In this document: positions 58,670 to 64,000 of the stretch, piece after piece
Numbering within the stretch: position 1 is the first letter of the stretch
How the letters are laid out: the number at the start of each line of letters is the position of its first letter
From: Glycera tridactyla
Taxonomy: Eukaryota
Assembly: GCA_965644265.1 (NCBI GenBank)
Contig: OZ286467.1
Coordinates: 16,492,001-16,556,000 of the forward strand
Direction of reading: 5' to 3'
DNA: 64,000 nt
Notes under the pieces: generated by a model
Database searches by the model: none
What the model was told of the DNA's origin: nothing
What the model saw: only the letters and a program-made list of their open reading frames with translations
Position numbers and translations under genes: made by a program

Positions 58670-58737
58670 CGGTTTTCCACTTCCAACATATCGGTTTTCC
58701 ACTTCCAACATATCGGTTTTCCACTTCCAACATATCG
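58670..58737. repeat. Three perfect copies of a 22-bp unit CGGTTTTCCACTTCCAACATAT
   Basis: Units start at 58670, 58692 and 58714. Confidence 0.97.
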
Positions 58738-58941
58738 AAAGTATGAGAGTATCTATCATATCTCATTATTCTCAGACTTTCATATTCCAAATCCTAATCT
58801 GAATGGAATCCATGAATAGTTATAACTTTGGGGTGTCAGCGCATTAAATGATTAGGAAGGGGGGGGGGGGGTCCATGGACGGTATTTCATGATATATGTA
58901 TTAAACATACTCAAATACCGATTGCCTTGCCTACATTTCAG

Positions 58942-59140
58942 CGCCGCTTTACGAGGTCAGTCGCACGAGAGCAAGCTGGTGGAGTCCCTGAATGAACACT
59001 ACAAGACGGTGGGCAGGATAGCCCGGCCCCTGGTCAACTCCTCCAACACCATCCGGGTGGAGTTCGCCCTGGCTCTTATACAGATACTCGACTTCGATGA
59101 GACCAACCAAGTTCTCACCACCAATGTCTGGAAGAGATAC
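58942..59140 (+). CDS. Internal coding exon of a nicotinic acetylcholine receptor-like (Cys-loop) subunit, N-terminal extracellular domain
   Basis: TTTCAG acceptor, GTGAGT donor; AALRGQSHESKLVESLNEHYKTVGRIARPLVNSSNTIRVEFALALIQILDFDETNQVLTTNVWKRY matches the RP..N.S..I.V.F.L.L.QI.D.DE.NQ.LTTNVW signature. Confidence 0.93.
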
Positions 59141-59971
59141 GTGAGTAGNNNNNNNNNNNNNNNNNNNNNNNNNNNNNNNNNNNNNNNNNNNNNNNNNNNN
59201 NNNNNNNNNNNNNNNNNNNNNNNNNNNNNNNNNNNNNNNNNNNNNNNNNNNNNNNNNNNNNNNNNNNNNNNNNNNNNNNNNNNNNNNNNNNNNNNNNNNN
59301 NNNNNNNNNNNNNNNNNNNNNNNNNNNNNNNNNNNNNNNNNNNNNNATCGATTATCCAATCAGTCAAGCGATATACTCACTCATCCATCCATTCAGTCGC
59401 CCGCCCATTCAACCATCATTCCACCCACCAAACCACCCACCCACTCATCCATCCATCTAGCCATCCATATGTGCGTTGCCTATATCGATCATTTTTTAAT
59501 ATCGGGGTGATTGAGTGTATCAATCATTCTTTCCCTCCCTACCATCTTGCTCTATTCCCCAATTTTTACTATCGTCCGTGTCTCTGCCGGTCAGTGCGTG
59601 TCTTTGTGCTCTTGTGTCTGTCGGATTTCCATTCTCCTGGTTTCTATTGCTCTTCTGATATATCACTCTGTTTGGCGTTCTGCTTGGAACCAATATCAAA
59701 TGATGGGAGCGTAGTGTTAAAAGTGTGCAATATAGATGTTTGTAGAATAATCTCTCATATGTCTGACTAGAGAGGGATCATGATAATGCATGACAATAAT
59801 AATAGTGTACCTAGTATAATGAGTCGCGAATGAAAAAATGCATCGTTATCGCTTCATAATGGCATTATGTGATAAAGCTGGTATGATAGCGATGCATAAT
59901 GAATGGACCATACTGCTGCTGTGTACTGAAGCTGGAATGATGATAATGCCTGTGCTCTTCCATTTTGGTAG

Positions 59972-60081
59972 CGCTACATTGATGAACATCTGCGTTGGAA
60001 TCCGGCCGAGTTCGGCGGTATTGACAGTGTGCGACTTCCGGCAGAGCGCATGTGGATACCGGATGTCGTCTTATACAACAA
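59972..60081 (+). CDS. Next exon (110 bp) of the nAChR-like subunit
   Basis: TTTTGGTAG acceptor, GTGAGT donor; RYIDEHLRWNPAEFGGIDSVRLPAERMWIPDVVLYN(N), in phase with the previous exon; 110 bp ending in YN-N is the conserved nAChR exon. Exon 1 and later exons were not found in the window. Confidence 0.93.
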
Positions 60082-60946
60082 GTGAGTCCCCCTTTCTTTT
60101 CACATTCCCTGTCCCATACTCAACGCATTCGCTGAGTATTCTCCAGACCTATTGCTTTTACTTGTCTCAAATGCTGCGCTTGGCTGATAAAAAAAAGCAT
60201 TGCTATCAGATTTGAGTGTCAGCCTCGAGCTGGATATGCCACCAATAGGTTCAATATGTTCATGTCGCATAGGTAGATGTCTGTCTGAACTGTCAGCCGC
60301 TTGGACCTGACAATATTTCGGGTTTTCTATCATCTTGTGTTCAGGGTGTGTGTAAGTGATTTCGGCAGGGGACAGAGCATCTAGCTTTCATTGACCAGAA
60401 ACACTCGGCATACATGATCCTCTAGGTTGATAATTACCGTTAAACCACAAACAAACAACCCTCTCTCACATTCACACATAGCATCAGCTGCTCTATGCGC
60501 GTGATATCGAGACTGTAAGGTCCTCCGCTGGGCGTGTGGAATGTGATCGGATGCATTCCTATGTTGACCCTGTGTACTATGAGTGGAATTCAGCGCCATG
60601 TTGAAATATCGTGATGTAACATTGATGGGCGGATAGAGCGGCGGTTTGAACACACAGGCCCCACCTGCTAGAAGAATCTCAATGTGAACAAACCATTTCG
60701 CACATTAGCATCAAGCCAACCAGAGATATATAAAAAGAGGGGGCGAGAGAGACAGTGACAGAAACAGGGACAGGGACAGAGACAAAGACAGAGAGACATA
60801 CAGACAAACAGACAGATAGGCAGACAGACAGGCCCACATTCCGACCGACGGACAAACCACAGACAGACTTACAGACATACAGACAGATTTACAGGCAGAC
60901 GCGCTAGCAGACACAGACAGATTGTGCATATGCATGCACCCTACTT

Positions 60947-60998
<52 letters not shown>

Positions 60999-61844
60999 AG
61001 AGAGAGAGGCACAGGGAGAGATATATAGAGGGGAATGACCGAGGAGAGGTAGGATATAGGAGAGTATGTGTAGAAGTGCTCTGTATTTCGTCAGTTGCGA
61101 CAGTCAGAGCAAGGATATAAACTGAACAAGATGTGTTATTTTCTTTCGCTGCAGCTACAATCCTTCCTTCCATACGTATGTGTCGGAAGAGTAAGTAATA
61201 TCCATACTCGAATAAAATGAATAAAATGAAGCCAGTTAGAGCAGTAATATCTCTCAGGTATTTCATGATTTCCTCTTTTGAAAACCCTTTTTTCCTATTC
61301 AGACGCTTTTGGCACGAAAAATCAGTGTGTATATATTCAAATGCTATACACATCTAAATATCTGAACCCTTGTTCGTATCAAACATGAATTGCCACTTAC
61401 GCAGTAAATTGTGTTCATATTATTCGTGTATCGCATCCTTGGTTGGTTGCTTTTGCGGTGTCTGTGTGTGAGTGTTCCACAATAGTCGGACTCCGAGGAA
61501 CTGGGCCATGTTTTCTCACTTTAGTTCGGCATGTTCTGATGAAAATCAGATGCAGCATGATGACCATTTTCTGTTACCCATCCACGGTTGTGGGAAACAA
61601 AACGACCCAGTGTCTCTTGCTTTCTTGAGCAGGCGCATGTACCACCTTACATCTCATCATTTCATTCCAAGGGGCTTAGCTTTTCAGACAGCAAACACCT
61701 TAAACAACAATATATATAGATTGAAATCAAACAGCTGAAAGATGATGCCCTGTGCAAAGTTTCAACTTCATGAAGTCAGACATACAAACAACGTGTGGAC
61801 GGAGGTAGATACTGTCGGTCAGAGAGGTAGACAGAAAGACAGTC

Positions 61845-61887
<43 letters not shown>

Positions 61888-62539
61888 GATTAGTCAGTAG
61901 AAGGATGAATGAGAGAAAGGCGGATAGATAGATGAATAAGTCCATAGATGGATGGATGAATTGATGGATAGACAGATGGACGGACAGACGTACAAATAGA
62001 TAGATAGATAGATAGATAGATGAATGAGAGAAAGGTGGATTGATNNNNNNNNNNNNNNNNNNNNNNNNNNNNNNNNNNNNNNNNNNNNNNNNNNNNNNNN
62101 NNNNNNNNNNNNNNNNNNNNNNNNNNNNNNNNNNNNNNNNNNNNNNNNNNNNNNNNNNNNNNNNNNNNNNNNNNNNNNNNNNNNNNNNNNNNNNNNNNNN
62201 NNNNNNNNNNNNNNNNNNNNNNNTAGATGCATGCTGCCTGCACAAGCATGGCTCTTCATTCCATCTCGAGGCAGATGACTAATTCATGTACAACCCAATG
62301 CAAGATGACCTTATTCGTGGCAGGTATGGAAGGTGTTTGGAGAAATAGGATCAAACAGAAAAAACTGAATGATGATAAGACGGAATGCACACAGTATCTC
62401 ACTTGGATATGTCGAAAGCATCAGGATTAAATCCAATGATAGTTTGACCATGGATAAACAAAAGACCATGTCCGGCCAAACAGCACTAATTCACTAATTC
62501 GTCAATAATCTCATGGAGCCTCAGAAATAGTTGTTGATT

Positions 62540-63170
62540 CACTTGTTACATCTTTTATCGATAATGGCAGTGCTTTGCATGTGGTACGGCCTGGTGGTAC
62601 GGCCTGAAGATATGAATGAACATCAGTAACCCTCTACTCAGCAGCATTTGTGGTAACTTTTACCAGGGAGCAGGATCACATCACCCAGTGTATAAACTCC
62701 ACTGGCTGCGGGTGGAACAGGATCTTCTTCTAAAGATCTGTCTCGTGATGTACAAAGTTGAGCATAACATAGCCCCAGCATATCTGAGCGATCCTATTGA
62801 ACGATAGTCAGCTGGATTCTCATTAAAATCAAATGATGTACAGTCGAACCTCTCTATAATGACCGCCTTCGGTCGCATCCAACAGTGGCCTTTATAGGGA
62901 GGTAGTCCTAATAGAGAGGTAATTTACTATAAAACACTACCACGGTCGCAGCTCAGGGTGGTCTTTATAGGGAGGTGGTCTTTAATGAGAGGTGGTCTTT
63001 AGAGGAGGTTCGACTGTAAATTGAGGCAGTCAATCATACAAGAACAGGGACTTTCTGGAAGGATGGCCTTGGAATGTGCAGGCCCAATGATGAATTCCTC
63101 ACAAGAGATGAGATATGCACATTCAAATCCTCAGTCAAATCGTACCTTTTCAGAGAGTATTATGGTCAAA
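62540..63170 (+). mobile_element. Decayed L2-clade LINE 3' ORF2 fragment, interrupted by a MITE
   Basis: Across frames: YGL..SAAFVVTFTREQDHIT..LHWLRVEQ..KICLVMYK..NIAPAYLSD..[MITE]..GRMALECAGPMMNS..FKSSVKSYLF, the L2 C-terminal pattern. Confidence 0.75.
62841..63016. mobile_element. 176-bp Tc1/mariner-pogo-like MITE with intact TA target duplication
   Basis: TA-CAGTCGAACCTC...GAGGTTCGACTG-TA. Confidence 0.9.
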
Positions 63171-64000
63171 TCAGACTGGAAGGATCACTGATCTTTCAGC
63201 AGCAGCAATATGTTTCGAATTTGGGATCTTACTGACATTCAGGTAAACATGTGCTGACGCTATATGCCTCAGCCACATGTTTACATGAGTAGCATAAAAT
63301 CNNNNNNNNNNNNNNNNNNNNNNNNNNNNNNNNNNNNNNNNNNNNNNNNNNNNNNNNNNNNNNNNNNNNNNNNNNNNNNNNNNNNNNNNNNNNNNNNNNN
63401 NNNNNNNNNNNNNNNNNNNNNNNNNNNNNNNNNNNNNNNNGTGTGTATTTGCATTTTATCCATGTTGGTGTGTGGAGAATGCAGTATTAATGTATATGAA
63501 CCTATCCAGCTGCGTATGTGAGTGTTCATGATTGATTCCATGGATAAATCCTGAAAACGCATAAAATGGAACTAATCACACTGTATTGTTGAGTCTCGTA
63601 GACACGTGAAGCACCCTTGAACATTCCAACGGTATTGGCGCTATATAAATCAGTACTATTATGAGAAGATATATAGATCGATTGATATATATCAATACAT
63701 AGATTCGGGATTATGGTTCAGATCTTATGATCCATGAAACATATGCTCCCATATATCCTAGTAACTGATAGCAGGAGTCCATTCATTATGACGTCACGTA
63801 TCCTTTCCAACTGTAGATATGTGTATTCTAGCTGTATTCCGATGGTTTTCTGGAACATGAAGTGTTCTTCGTGATAAAATTGGTGTTTTCCTCGTTGGTT
63901 GTGTGTGTGACGTTCTTTTGATGTCAAAGTTGTTTGCTATAGGGCGTTTGTTGGCGTGCTAGTTTAGCTATCGAAGTGGTGTTGTTCTTCATGACAACTA

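Noticed and set aside
58649-58780. Hammerhead ribozyme (CTGATGAG..CGAAA)
   Set aside because: Stems I and II do not form.
22593-63796. Five perfect TGACGTCA sites (22593, 33320, 49567, 58104, 63789)
   Set aside because: Mild excess only, scattered, with no shared context.

Overview
Animal genomic DNA (spliced Cys-loop receptor exons, microsatellites, scaffold N-gaps; an invertebrate, possibly lophotrochozoan, by inference only). The left half (1-31.6 kb) is an uninterrupted block of nested retroelements. It holds three divergent CR1/L2-group APE-RT LINEs on the + strand: A (3' part, 1-3070), B (apparently full length, 3071-12730) and C (about 22.4-31.6 kb). Between B and C lies a decayed Gypsy-type LTR element on the - strand (gag-pro-RT-RNaseH-IN-chromo-like, then an env-like ORF). 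B and C share an unusual three-ORF layout: L1-type coiled-coil/RRM/CTD ORF1, then a free-standing SGNH hydrolase ORF, then a 1.5-1.8 kb non-coding spacer, then ORF2. In C the spacer holds an array of 11 copies of a 26-nt hairpin with an (A/G)NNYC pentaloop (mostly ANACC) closed by C-G. Three more hairpins with unrelated stems but the same C-ACNCC-G loop sit in the 3' UTR of the same element. This LINE + esterase + pentaloop-hairpin set is the best candidate for an undescribed system. B, C and a remote 3' fragment (42.9 kb) also share a covarying 3'-terminal stem-loop. The right half (31.6-64 kb) is intronic/intergenic, with microsatellites, several MITE families, a 92-bp minisatellite, a 100-nt foldback, a decayed L2 fragment and two exons of a nicotinic acetylcholine receptor-like gene. 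All calls come from reading the sequence by eye; no searches or folding programs were run.
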